NCBI GenBank assembly: GCA_951406725.2
Contig: OX597822.1
Location: 12,214,001 to 12,278,000 of the forward strand
DNA length: 64,000 nucleotides
Source of the DNA: Octopus vulgaris
Taxonomy: Eukaryota
Direction of reading: 5' to 3'
Positions 27,801 through 40,394 of this stretch are shown here, one piece after another. Every line of letters begins with the position of its first letter. Within the stretch, counting starts at the first letter, position 1. The notes beneath the pieces were generated by a model. That model made no database searches, had not been told where the DNA came from, and saw only the letters and a program-made list of their open reading frames with translations. Position numbers and translations under genes: made by a program.

Positions 27801-28444
27801 TTTAGTTCTAATGTGTAAGAGAATACTCTACACTTGTATTGAGTCCTGTAATTAACCACTTCTCGTTATTCAACAGAGATTCATATATGTATATATATAT
27901 ATACATATATATGTGTGCGTGCGTGCGTCTGTCTGTGTGTGTGTATTTGCATATATAAATTATAGACCACGATGCTATTCGTTTCGAGAAGATCAGAGTA
28001 CATGGCATTGATCAACTACAATAATGGCGAAATATCGGTACCTATCATTCTCTGTGATGCCGAATCAAGTTGTCTCACCAGGTCTGAGACATTCAGGCGT
28101 TCGTCAATACACGGCATCGTTTGGGAAACTTTTCTTGGGCGATATACATCAGTAAATCTGGCAAATAAAAACAAAACAAATAGACTACGTATGTGAGACC
28201 GATATTATTACAAGAGCTTCTTTTAAATCATAATTTTATACACACACACACACACACGTACATGTATATATATATATATATATATATACGAATATATGTA
28301 TGTATATATATATGTATAGTATGTTTATGTGAATAAGTATATACATATACATATATATGTACATACATACATGCTTAAGACATACATTTATGTATATATG
28401 TAAGTATATATATATACGTGTGTGTGTGTGTATGTATTAATCGA

Positions 28445-28860
28445 AGTGTACAGTATTATATGGTCATTACGTCCGATCTTTCCAATCCGTTTCACGCCAG
28501 GGTTTCACCGGAATGTTAGGTAATAGTCCGATTATGTAAACCTGCGCCTTTCAGAGGTAGTCATTATGGAGTGAAGTACGGCGACGGCTGGCTTTTCTTG
28601 GAAGTGAATAGACACATCCGGTTTGTAGTTGCTGTGAGAAAGATGAAACGAATCAAGAATGGGGTTAAGTTAAGATGCAGTTAAGTCCCTTGGTTTCAAA
28701 GACACCAACTCCGGAAGTGGTTTTGTGCCAAGTCGGCGAGACATTTCTGGAAAAGAGTTTATGGGAAATGCGTGTCTTTAAAGTTGGCGTTCTTCTGGAA
28801 ATGGAATGCGATGTGTGCAGTGGTAGTATATGTATAGCCTTTCCAGGGGGGACATATGCA
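28445..28860 (-). mobile_element. Very decayed PLE 3' fragment (GIY-YIG C-terminus plus degenerate hammerhead-like motif)
   Basis: Minus-strand translation ending ..GVFETKGLN resembles the GIY-YIG terminal P/K-G-L-N motif. Downstream lies CTGAAAG-GCGC..long stem..GGCGT-GAAAC. Confidence 0.3.
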
Positions 28861-29459
28861 TCTGTACTCGTTAAAGTCTTCTTTAATTTATGTTTTGGTT
28901 ACATTTTGTGTTCATTTATGTATGCATACCGTGTGTGTAGGGATACAATGTGTATGGGCTTATAATGAGAGTGGATGGGAAAAAGTCTATATAGACACAC
29001 AAACACACATACACATACGCTTATCCATAAAAAATTGTTTTACTTGGGATCTTTCGTAGGTTTCGACGATGAGTAAAACGGCTAAAGCATTTTATATTAT
29101 ATCGGCGAGTAGTTGAATGAATATTCCGCAGTCACGTAACATCTCAAGCCGCATCAATGAGATACACGGTGTTTTACAAAGCTGTCCGTGTATATTACAG
29201 GTATCTTCTATCTAACGGATATTGTGCATAGTTTCCGCATTTCCAATTTGGGTCACAATGTCCAAGACTATAACAGATTACTCTTGCCCAACATAGCAGT
29301 CACCCTCCTTATCTTCACACACAGAGGCACACACACACACAGAGGCACACACACACACAGAGGCACACACACACAGAGGCACACGCACATACACAGGCAC
29401 ACACAGGCACATTGAACACCAAAGGAAGCACGAAGGAAACAGCGCAAAATATTTGTAAC

Positions 29460-29500
29460 TCTAGTAGTCGTAGTAGTAACAGCAGCAGCAGCAGTAGTAA

Positions 29501-29536
<36 letters not shown>

Positions 29537-29735
29537 CAACAGTAGTAGTATTAGTGGTATTAGTAATCGCGATGGTAATAGTAGCACTAGTAGTGACGAC
29601 AGTTGTAGCAGAAGTAGTAATAGTGATGGTAGTAATAGTAGTTACTGTTATATTAGGCGTAATATTAGAAGTGGAGGTGGTGGTGGTGGTGATGGTGGTA
29701 GTAGTAGTAGTAGTAGTACTGGCGGCGGTGGCGGC
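29460..29735. repeat. (AGT/GGT)n array
   Basis: Directly visible. Confidence 0.9.
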
Positions 29736-29970
29736 TATAGAAGAATTGGTTGGTGTAGTTCTTATTATAACAGAATCGTTAGCATGCCGGACGAAATGCT
29801 TGTCGGCATTTCGTTCGTCTTCATGTTCTGAGTACAAATTCCGCCGTGGTCGATTTTGCCTTTCATCCTATCAGGATCGATAAATTAAGTACCAGTTGTA
29901 TACTGGGGTCGATGTAATCGGCTCATTCCCTTCTCCAAAATTGCTGCCCTTGTGACAAAATTTGAAACTG
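29720..29970 (+). mobile_element. SINE family B
   Basis: CAGAATCGTTAGCATGCCGGACGAAATGC...TTTTGCCTTTCATCC...AAATTAAGTACCAG. Confidence 0.8.
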
Positions 29971-32051
29971 TTATCATTGGAATAGTAGTAGTATTAGATG
30001 TAGAAGCAGTAGTCGCAGTTGTAATCGACATCGTTGCCAGCGTAGTTGTGGTGTTAGTAGTGGTGTTGTTGGTGGTGGGTGTGGTGGCGGTGCTGACCAC
30101 CATCGTCATAATCGCGGTCGAGTTGGTAGAAGTAGTGGCGAGAATGGCTGGTGTGGTAGTGGTGGTAGGAACAGTTGTAATGATGGTAGTAGTAGAGTTC
30201 GTAGCTGTCTCATAGTAGTCACAGAAGAAGAAAAAGAAGAAATCGATGTTGATGATGATGATGATGATGATGTAAATGTGAATAATGGAAGCTGTTGGAA
30301 GAATCCATTCAATATTTGTAATTGAACAAGAAACGAAGAAGGTGGCGGCAGGAGAGGGACGGTGTACAAACGGTTAGATATTGCAAATTTTAAGACACAG
30401 AAAAACGGCGCCATCTTTGTGAAGTGATGTTACGTTTGATTGAATATAACCTTTATTTGTTCCTCAGAAACGTTGTGTCACCCCACAGTGAATTGAAGAG
30501 CTCATTTGATTGGGCATTCCGTGAATTTAAGTACCACCAACGAGACGACAACGACGACGACGACGGCCATCTCCACCGCCGCCATTATCGCACTATCAAG
30601 CAAAGCTACCATGAAACACGCTAACAAGACGATGATGACGATGACGATGGATGCCGCCGCCATTATCACAATTACTAGCAATGTTACCACGAAACAATCA
30701 TACTTGATGCAATGGTATTTAGCTGCTTCCAACTCTCTGGGTACTCATGCCGCTAATATAGAATTTACGATGAAAACGCCAAAAATTTATAGAAGCTACC
30801 AACAAAGAACGGACATTTTCCATGTCGTTTGATTAGTTTCGAAGAGGAGGCTTTTTCTAAGCGGGTGGATGGTGGAGAATTTGAGAGTTAAATTGACCTT
30901 AGCAAATAATAATTGTCAGTACTTTTTATAGTATTTCCTAACGGCTCCCACGGTTTGAAAAGCATGAGTGAATACTGAGGTGTTTATACATGGAATACAG
31001 AAATACATTTTATTACGATAGACAACGTTCCTGCATAATACACCAACTCATTGAATCCAATTGAAAAGAATGAATATTGCATGGGGTGTGCATACATTCA
31101 CACTTACATACATGCATATACACACATGTATCCCTTGTTCCAATACCGTCGCATTCACGCTTGTCTCTTAATCTATGGGAGTCATTATGAAACATTATAA
31201 ACCTCATATACATATAATACTTAAATATACCACTGGTACTCCATCGACTTCGACAATGTGAGTTCCAAACGCTCGACCCATTAATCTTTCCTTTCATTTC
31301 TATATGCTCACACACGTATCCGAATTTCAAATAAAACAGTATTCACGCATGCGTCTTAATTCAAGGGAGTTGTTACGCAATAATTTAAAATAACATACAT
31401 ACACATATTGATATCAAATTCTCGTACATGACGGTAATTTTGGCGAAAGGAACAAGTCGATTATATCGATTCCAATGCTCAACTGGGGCTTATTTTATCG
31501 ATTCCAAAAGGATGAAAAACTAAGTCGACCCTGGATGAATTTGAAATCAGAACGTTAAGTCGAGAGAAATGCCTCTAAGCATTTTCCCCGATGCAGTAAC
31601 AATTCTGGCAACTACAGCTTTTAAGCTAGATCCCATGGAAGACTTATTTGGCCTTGGGCCCAACAATGACACTTCATGCATTGAGTACATATTAAATTTG
31701 ATTAAACTTGACCAATATTTTTCAAGCAATAAACAATTTTCATTCAAACAGTGATCGAATTTGTGGACTTGGAACTTAATGCAAAGCTGCATGATAAACA
31801 ACATTTTTTGTCTTACCATTCGGGGGTCAATACAGTTTTTTCTGTCTAACCTCTCTCTCTTTTTTTCTCTCTCTCTCTCTCTCTCTCTCTTTTTTGTTTT
31901 TGTTAATTGTTTTCAACCAGTACCGCCAACATCGCCACAACAACTGCCATACCAATTCAGACTTCCCTGCACCATCATCACCACTGTCTTTCACATCACT
32001 ATCACCATCATCTCAGACTGCCCCGGCTACCACCACAGAGCTAGAGAGATG

Positions 32052-32104
<53 letters not shown>

Positions 32105-33189
32105 GATTGATAGATAGACAGATAGATACATACGTAAAGAGGGAGGGAGCAGGGATTTCTTTTCAATTTGGAATGATTTTTACCATTTATTTAGTTTTTT
32201 TTACCATTACTTAGTTTTTTTTACCAGTATAGCTACTGACAGGAGACATGAGTTCAAGAATGGTGACCCCTTTTAAGATGGGGAAAATAACAAAAGAAGG
32301 ATGGGTTGCAGTCATCATTTAAATGGTAGTATTCAGTATTTTAACAAAGTTGTACATCATCTCCATCATTCTCTCACATACTCACTCTTTCTCTCGTTTA
32401 TTATTACTCTCACCGCCACCATCAACACTACTACTTTTAATAAAACATCATTAACACTCCCTAGATTCTTTGTCTCCCTTCCTGTCCCTCTCTTTTTCTT
32501 TCTTCCTCTCTCTCTTTCTCTCTGTCTTCGTCACCGACCTCGCCGTCTCTTTGCCTACAATTACTCTCACCCCATTGAATAGTGAGAGAGGGGGTCCAGA
32601 TGTGACACACTGACACAGAAATTAGTTTTCGCACTCACTAGATATACGATGTTGGGTCCTCCGTCGGTTTTGATAATCAATATTCCGGTTGGTCCATCAA
32701 CAAATGCCAAATATTTAAATTTAGACACAAGAGGCAACGAAACGTATTTTACAACAGATTAAGCGTGACGCAACATGCTTCCATGCTGGGCATTTTGAAT
32801 ACCTTGTGTAATCTCTCTGAAGGGTTCGACGTAGTTTCTATCTAATTTAATATAATTAACTGCGATACATGGCAAAGATTTCACACAAATGCTCGAAAAC
32901 GGAACGTCATATTTTAAAGCGAGTATCTTAACCCCTTCACCACGCACCGTCATACTCTCGTCGGATGTGTGGGGTGTGTGGATCGCAAAGGATAAACAAA
33001 ACCCTCGTTAGGCCACTGGTACACACACATTCATACACGCATCTATCTATCTATATATCTGTCTGTCCGTCTGTCTATCTCTCTCTATCTAACTACATAT
33101 CTATCTATCTATGTCTATATATATACATTAGACAAAGGAGATAACTAAGCCAACGCTGTGAGGAGCTTTCACGACATTTATATATATAT

Positions 33190-33388
33190 GTTTAACAGTC
33201 ATTTTCAAAACATTTTCGCTTTGTCTTAATAACTGACCAGTTGCCGGAACAAATTTCTGCCTCGACATCCGAAACTCGGAGTTTTATTATGACAACCGAA
33301 TAATTGTCACATATTATTTTACAGATAAATTCATCTATTTACATAATATCGAGGTCTCAGGTATTCTTTTATTGTCATACTGACACTA

Positions 33389-33392
<4 letters not shown>
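33190..33392 (+). mobile_element. Older copy of the Naiad-like terminal repeat with degenerate hammerhead (33227-33289)
   Basis: Homologous to the reverse complement of 35121-35290. Reads TAATAA-CTGACCA-G..CATC-C-GAAA-CTCGGAG-TT-TTATTA. Confidence 0.7.
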
Positions 33393-33417
<25 letters not shown>

Positions 33418-33424
<7 letters not shown>

Positions 33425-34012
33425 ATGTAAGATAAATTTTTTTTGGAAAACAAAATTTATCTGTGGCCAGCATATTAAAAAATACCTTTAAAGGTTAAAA
33501 TTATAAACAACTTATAAATAAAGGCAAACGAAAAAATTTCTAATGCCAACATTGCCGAAAATTGGACATATTGTCCATTACAATATGCTGGCCATTGATA
33601 AAATTTTTTTTCGAAAACAAATTTATCCTACATTAAATATAAAATCAAGTGTTCACTTCCGGACTCTTTCACTCTGTGAGAGCCTCAGTTCAAATCGCAC
33701 GTGTCTTGAATGGGCTAAAGTATTTCTATTTTGGATGTATTTGAGGTACTTATTTGTGCTCATGACTTAGTGTTTTGCTTCTTCCATGGGTGTGAGTAAG
33801 TATCTCATTTATTTCTTTGCCACATGTATCACTTACGAACTAACCCTGAAATCGGCTCGATATGGTAATAATGGAATTTTTTAGAAATATCTGTCGGCTT
33901 TTTTTCGAGTAGCGTGCGTATTGTGATAAATTATATGGTAATGGACAATATGTCCAATTTTCGGCATATTTGGCATTATAAATTTTTTCGTTTGCTCTTA
34001 TTTATAAGTTGT
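33418..34012. mobile_element. (TA)n-flanked element with interlocking inverted repeats
   Basis: 33418-33476 is inverted at 33583-33640, and 33507-33586 is inverted at 33933-34012. Confidence 0.7.
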
Positions 34013-34367
34013 ATATATATGTGTATATATATATATGTATATCAATTAGGGTAATAGCCACCAATGTATACGCTAGAAGAAGACAACAAATCTTCTTACC
34101 ACGAAGAATATATTCTCACAAATTTTAGCAAACGCCAGAATGTATGCGAGCATGATAAATGTGTATTGCAACGACTTCACGGACGAGCTACAGATGATTA
34201 CGTAAGAAATCATTAATAACGAAATCTTAAGGGATGAAGTTAATTGCTCTATTTTGTCTCCTTTCAGTTATATATGTAATATACTTCATAGTCCTCGGAC
34301 ATTTTTTAAGTATTTTAGCTACTGGTTTAAATTGATACTGTATAATAGTATTAATTTCTACCCTCAT

Positions 34368-34415
<48 letters not shown>

Positions 34416-34448
34416 GCGTGTGTGTGTGTGTATGTTTGTATATTATAT

Positions 34449-34507
<59 letters not shown>

Positions 34508-34510
<3 letters not shown>

Positions 34511-35071
34511 CAATTATTCGATAGTCAAGATAAAACTCTGAGTTTCAGATGACGAAGTGGAAAACCACAACACCATCTCTTCGGTTATCTGGCCATCTGA
34601 AAAACGCTATGAAAAAATACCGTTATATAAAGGGAAATTACTGTGTTATAATTCCGCTACTTATATAGTGGTTATAGAGTCCACGGTAGCTTCATAGATG
34701 ATGGTCTCGGACATGCAAGCTACATTTAGCGGGCACAAATTTTTATTCCTGCTTGAACAGCTGTTTTCTTGTGGTTTCTGTGTGTTACGTGTGATTATAT
34801 TTTTAAAATTGGTAGTTGAACTAAAACTAATTTTTAAATTGTGTTTATTGAAGAGTTTCCTATAAGTATAGTTAACTGGAAAATGTCTATCTATCAGTGT
34901 TAAGAAATATTTACCTATATTGAAGGTAACCTCGGTTGAGTAAGGTGGTGTAAACCAGAAGATCTTTCTATTTCTATTTTACCTTTTCTTTACTGTTGGG
35001 CTAGTGACAGGTGTATATTTTATTTTTTCGTTAAAAGTCTCTTTCTTTCTTTTGTTATCTTACCGTTTTTA

Positions 35072-35075
<4 letters not shown>
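34508..35075 (-). mobile_element. Internally deleted Naiad-like PLE copy
   Basis: Terminal repeat with hammerhead motif (34528-34590) joined to an ORF fragment homologous to about 35836-36205. It ends with an inverted copy of 35121-35160. Confidence 0.85.
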
Positions 35076-35124
<49 letters not shown>

Positions 35125-35220
35125 ATAAAACGGTAAGATAACAAAAGAAAGAAAGAGACCTCAATATTATGTAAATAGAGGAAATTTATCTATACAATAT
35201 GTTACATTACTCGGTAGTCA

Positions 35221-35283
35221 AGATAAAACTCTGAGTTTCAGATGCCGAAGTGGAAATCCACAACACCATCTCTTCGGTTATCT
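35221..35283 (-). ncRNA. Hammerhead-like motif with CCGAAGA core variant
   Basis: AGATAA-CCGAAGA-GATG..CATC-T-GAAA-CTCAGAG-TT-TTATCT. Confidence 0.6.
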
Positions 35284-35467
35284 GGCTATTTGAAAACGTT
35301 ATGAAAAAATACCGTTAAAAATGAAGGGAAATTACTCTGTTATAACTCTGCTTTGCCTGCGTACTTATACATCGCTCGCATTTTTCGTCATAAAAATTAT
35401 ATAAAAATACATAAAAATATATAAAAATATATAAAATCTTCTGGGGACATAACACAGAAAGCATGTT

Positions 35468-36130
35468 CTATCCGTTTTCTTTAGGGGACCAAAAACGTAA
35501 CAGAAATTTAGTCACATGTGGGCATGATCCGAAAAGCTCTGTCCTTGTATTTAGACATGTGGTAGGGTCTAAGCTGCTTTTCCAGATAAGCCATCTCTCC
35601 ATGTCGCATAAACCGCACCTTCCGCTGCCGTTAGTGTAGGGCTTACATCTGGCCAAAATCTTCCATTGTATGTTATAATCGACACCTTTATCTCTTAAAG
35701 ACCAAATATGATTGGATAATTGTGTCGCTTTTCTTTTGTTCCAGTGCCTAAAGCTCAAAGTGTGGTTATTGAACCTGGCCTTGAAATTACCCTCTGTCAG
35801 GCCCACGTATTTCTTCGTCGAAACGGTGTCTTTGGTGGTTATAGAGTTTACGGTAGCTTCACATATGATGGTCTTGGACATGCAAGCTCCATTTAGCGGG
35901 CACAATACTTTATTCCTGCATGAACAGCTGTTTTCTTCTTGTGTTTTTTGTATGTTATGATTGATTATGTTTTTAAAATTGGTAGTTGAACTAAAACTAA
36001 TTTTTAAATTGTGTCTATTGAAGAGTTTCCTATAAGCATGGTTAACTGGAAAATGTCTATCTATCAGTGCTAGGAAATATTTACCTATATTGAAGGCCAC
36101 CTCGGGTGAGTAAGGGGTGTAAACCAGATG
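35468..36130 (-). pseudogene. PLE RT-thumb/linker plus GIY-YIG endonuclease (5'-truncated, 210 open codons)
   Basis: CSCRNKVLCPLNGAC linker, IICEA..KKYVGLTEGNFKARFNNH, QLSNHIWSL, CGLCDMERWLI, LNTRTELFGSCPH. The Cys-rich pattern is typical of Naiad-type PLE endonucleases. Confidence 0.9.
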
Positions 36131-36304
36131 ACCTTCCTATTTCTATTATTCCTTTCCTTACTGTTGGGCTGGTGATAGGTGTATATTTTATTATTTCGCT
36201 AAAACCACTATCTTTTAAAGCTTTATTATAAACAAAGCAGAGTTATAACAGAGTAATTTCCCTTCATTTTTAACGGTATGTTTTCATAATGTTTTCAAAT
36301 AGCC

Positions 36305-36367
36305 AGATAACCGAAGAGATGGTGTTGTGGATTTCCACTTCGGCATCTGAAACTCAGAGTTTTATCT
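36305..36367 (+). ncRNA. Hammerhead-like motif with CCGAAGA core variant (inverted copy)
   Basis: Same motif, in the inverted terminal repeat. Confidence 0.6.
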
Positions 36368-36394
36368 TGACTACCGAGTAATGTAACATATTGT

Positions 36395-36434
<40 letters not shown>

Positions 36435-38069
36435 TGTTCTCTCTGGATTACGTGTTCGTTTCTTTCTTTTTGTCTTCTGCAAATGTATTGTTGATCTTCT
36501 GTATATATATGAAGATATTTCCTCCGTCTGGCTGTGGAACAGTCATTTTAACGAGTTGTTTTTATTTATTTATTACCCGACGAGATACATCTGCACCACA
36601 GGATGCTCCTGAACCAGATGTTGAGTATCCCACAAGAGGAATCGATGCTAGATATGTCGAAACAATTGATGTGATTAATAATAAATTCTTGTATATTCCA
36701 TTTTCTGTCATTCATTTGTTATATACATATATATACATATATACATATATGGAACAAAAACGCAGTAGAGGGCACTAAAACGTTCGGACATATAGACGAC
36801 ACAAAGGCTGACATGCGAAAGAACAATTAGAAGGACAGGCAAAAAAAGACGGGTCATTCTTGACTTTCTTCCTTCAATCAAGTACCAGAAGTCACGACCA
36901 TTTCGGACTGTTACACTTGAGATGGTTCGATCTGGTTGTCCCGCAAAAATTCTAAGCTAAGATCTTTGTATGAAAGCTAGAGAATGTGTACGGCAACAAA
37001 GACATAAAAAAAGAATAACCAAAAAAGAAAAAACGGAGGACGTGGTACAGAATTACGAATACAAGTGACAAGAAATAACAACGGGCGACTTTCGACCGAG
37101 AACGATTCAGATTGGGCTGGCGTGTATGGAGTGAAAGCCTAAAGTCAGCAACAAGGGAGATGGACATAAGATGTGTTCATGGTCGGCAGTCAGGCCAAGA
37201 AAGAAAGATCATGGCTGGCCGGACACTGGTCACGTGGAAAGAGGAGAAATTGGTAGGGATTGAAGGATTAGAAAAAAAATCAGAGACAAAGAGGAAGGTG
37301 CAGGTGAGATAAACGAGTGGGAAATAGTGGTAGTTAAAGAAAGAGAGCGAAGAAATGTGAGAGAGGAGGAGTGAGATAAAAGAAGAAAAACCAGAGGGGG
37401 AATAAAATATAAGAGATAAGTAAATAAATATATATATAGATATTTATCTATTCATACATACACACAAACAAACACACACACACACACATACAAGGTGGCC
37501 GAGCAAAATTTAATAGCTTGTATATAAAAGGAAAACAAAGCATAGTCTCCTCTCCAACAGTTTAAGTATTTTTATAAAATGAAATAAACATATCTACCTA
37601 GATTATGCAGAGAGAAAACGGTTTACTCAATGTAAACGCCTCCATCCCCAAATTACATCGCGGTCTCAAGACGGTTCTAGATTCTTGAGCATGTGTTGTG
37701 CACAGCGTCCTCGGGAATACCTTCGGACATTTCCTTGATCTCGGCCAATATATATATATATATTGTGTGTATGTATTTCTACGTCTGTTGAGTGTGACTG
37801 AAGTGAAATATGTTCGGTGTTTTGCAGGGCCGAAGGGTTTCCTTACTTTCTTTGGCTTCATCTCCAACATATTCACCTATTATTCACAACTGTAATCAGC
37901 GATACCAATAAAAATATTTTGTTCCGCCTGTTCTGTCGTAGACGGAAAAGCCATGTCGGAGGTGAGAGACAGCCTGCTTTTATCCTTCCAGCTCTCTTCT
38001 ATTCAAAATGAAATATTTACACACATATATATACCGACATTCTCACCACAGATATATATACATACATAC

Positions 38070-38115
<46 letters not shown>

Positions 38116-38146
38116 ATGTATGTATATGTATGTATGTATGTATGTA

Positions 38147-38193
<47 letters not shown>

Positions 38194-38353
38194 GCATATA
38201 TATGTATAAGTGTATGTATATATATATATATATCATATATATAGATATCATATATATATGTATATATGTATATATATATTCATATATATATATACATACA
38301 TATATATATATTCACATATATATACACATACATATGTATGTGTGTGTGTGTAT

Positions 38354-38392
<39 letters not shown>

Positions 38393-39429
38393 TATATATA
38401 ACTCATTATATTGCACAAAGCGAAATAAATAAATGTTTAGAGGTTGCATGAAAAATAAATACAGAATCAAGATTCTAAACGGAACCATAATCGCACAAAC
38501 TAAACTTTCTGATACATTCTGTGCGAAAGACCGCAAGGTAACAAAATAAAGTTGATATTAAAAGATAGGAATTTTGCAATATTGAAATATTAACATTTTG
38601 TAACTTATACCGGTTTCAGAATAAAATTCAATCTCTTGAGTTGATACATTTAAGTATTCCCCATCGGCCACTAAATAATTTCAAGTAATATATTATTGAT
38701 AATGTGAAAAAGTTATGGGCAATTTTTATTTCTTTTACCATATATACCTAGCTTAGATGCAAATAGCCGGAGGCGTATTTTGTCTGCGTTTGTAAAATAG
38801 CTTTAACACTCTCTTGACTTATATATTTCACAGCAATAGAGACCATCAGACAACTGTTTGTCACAGGAATATTTGTCGTATATTTTTAGGCAATTCTACA
38901 GTAATTCCGCCATCGCCGCGTGAAGCTCGGATGCGAAAGGAAGAATAAAGTTGGTGATGAGTTAGCAATCCGTTACCAGAAACACTGAAGGAATCACGCC
39001 TGTGGGGGAAAAGTACAATCGCTACAGAAATAGCACGAAAATTTAGGAAGACTCGCCCCACGTTAAGACGGTGCCAAAGCAAAGCTGCGAGTTTGCTCGC
39101 CCCGCCTGATAAGATGCTGGCGACTTTTTCCAAATCCGAGATTATTGGATAAGTATAGGTGACCGAGGTGCTGTCCAACGGCACGGCAGGAAATATGACA
39201 AAGACAACAGCTATGTGACTGTAATTAAACTTAAGGTATCACAATATTGGGGGCCTTTAGGTGGTCGTCTGATTTGGTATTAAAAACAGACCAATTTTAA
39301 CTGATTGATCAGAGCACCCTGATAAGTAGAAAAACGTTGGCAATGGTAGAGTTCTATATTTAATAGATGAGGAATTATGAAAATTATTTTCATTAACATT
39401 TAACGGACATATGTCCTGCAATTGCCCAC

Positions 39430-40066
39430 GGGCATATGGCATAATGGTTAAGAGCGCGGGCTACTAACCCCAAGATTCTACGTTCGATTCCAGGCAGTGA
39501 CATAAATAATAATAATAATAATAATAATAATACAGTGGCTCTCATGGCTTCTGATCTTAACTGATTGGAAGTGTTATCATGTACATTGTTTTGTCTTGGT
39601 ATAAAAGATGGGCTACAGCAAATATCTGCTCAATACCACAGATTTGCTTGTCAGTTGTTTGACCTTAACCAGTTGAGCATGTCTCTTAGTGGCTGGCAAT
39701 ATGTGCATCTCTGATCACGAGCAGAAGTAGTGGGGGAGCATCATAGCCATGTGTTGAGAGGGATTCTTTGGGGTTTGAATAGTTCACCTCTGGAAACATG
39801 GGTGGTTCTTTCAACATCCTTAAACAACCCTTATTCAGGGACCGTTTGAGCGGGATGGGCTACTCAACCTGAAGAAAATTCTAACTGGGCCCCACCTGCA
39901 AGGTCATGTGCTGTTTATCTTGATATGAGATCACCATGTCGCGCACATATGGTTGTGATGCATGTGCCTGGTGTACCTTTATCAGACGGGTAGTCATGAT
40001 GGGTATATTGGGCTTCGTATATTTTACCCCAGTGTCACTTTGATGGCATGAACTGCTCTCTCACTC

Positions 40067-40141
<75 letters not shown>

Positions 40142-40272
40142 GAAAAATACCTTAGGTTCGAAATTTCCCCACTACACCTCATGAAGCCTGGAGGGTATAT
40201 TAGCCGAAATGTTGTGATAACAACAAACAAGATGTGGACAAATATCCATCAAATGTAAATGATGTAAATAAT
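39430..40272 (+). mobile_element. tRNA-headed SINE (family D) with hammerhead-like tail, split by a Dong-like insertion
   Basis: A box TGGCATAATGG (39437-39447), B box GTTCGATTCC (39482-39491), then (AAT)n. The element appears to resume at 40141 and contains CAC-CTCATGA-A-GCCTG..TAGCC-GAAA-TG-TT-GTG. Confidence 0.65.
39532..40140 (+). mobile_element. Non-LTR 3' segment ending in (AAT)n, probably an R4/Dong 3' UTR
   Basis: Nearly identical to 42493-42975, which abuts R4/Dong coding relics. Flanked by (AAT)n on both sides. Confidence 0.7.
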
Positions 40273-40341
40273 GTTGGCAATGGTGTCCAGATTAAACAAG
40301 ATAGCAGGGAGGTCATGGTTGCAAAGCACACATCATACATG

Positions 40342-40372
<31 letters not shown>

Positions 40373-40394
40373 AGAAATAGTCAAAGAGTATATT

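Larger units (their letters stand above)
35121..36398 (-). mobile_element. 5'-truncated Naiad-like Penelope element with inverted terminal repeats, inserted in (TA)n
   Basis: Inverted repeat 35188-35355 / 36233-36398 encloses the GIY-YIG ORF. TA tracts on both sides. Confidence 0.9.

Noticed and set aside
35468-36100. Selenoprotein-type Naiad (in-frame UGA plus SECIS)
   Set aside because: No in-frame UGA in the open frame. The ATGA hairpin near 58025-58050 in the other Naiad-like fragment lacks the AA loop and the 3' GA.
35468-36100. Domesticated host nuclease gene
   Set aside because: It is 5'-truncated without a true start and lies within inverted terminal repeats inside (TA)n.
38861-39184. 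GC-richer block with a 107 aa ORF
   Set aside because: No recognisable domain or splice signals; it cannot be assigned without a search.
39317-39340. CTGATAA..GAAAAACGTT hammerhead-like string
   Set aside because: The core is mutated and there is no helix II; likely chance.
39430-39501. Functional tRNA gene
   Set aside because: Acceptor and T stems do not pair well, there is no oligo-T terminator, and the sequence runs into a SINE body.
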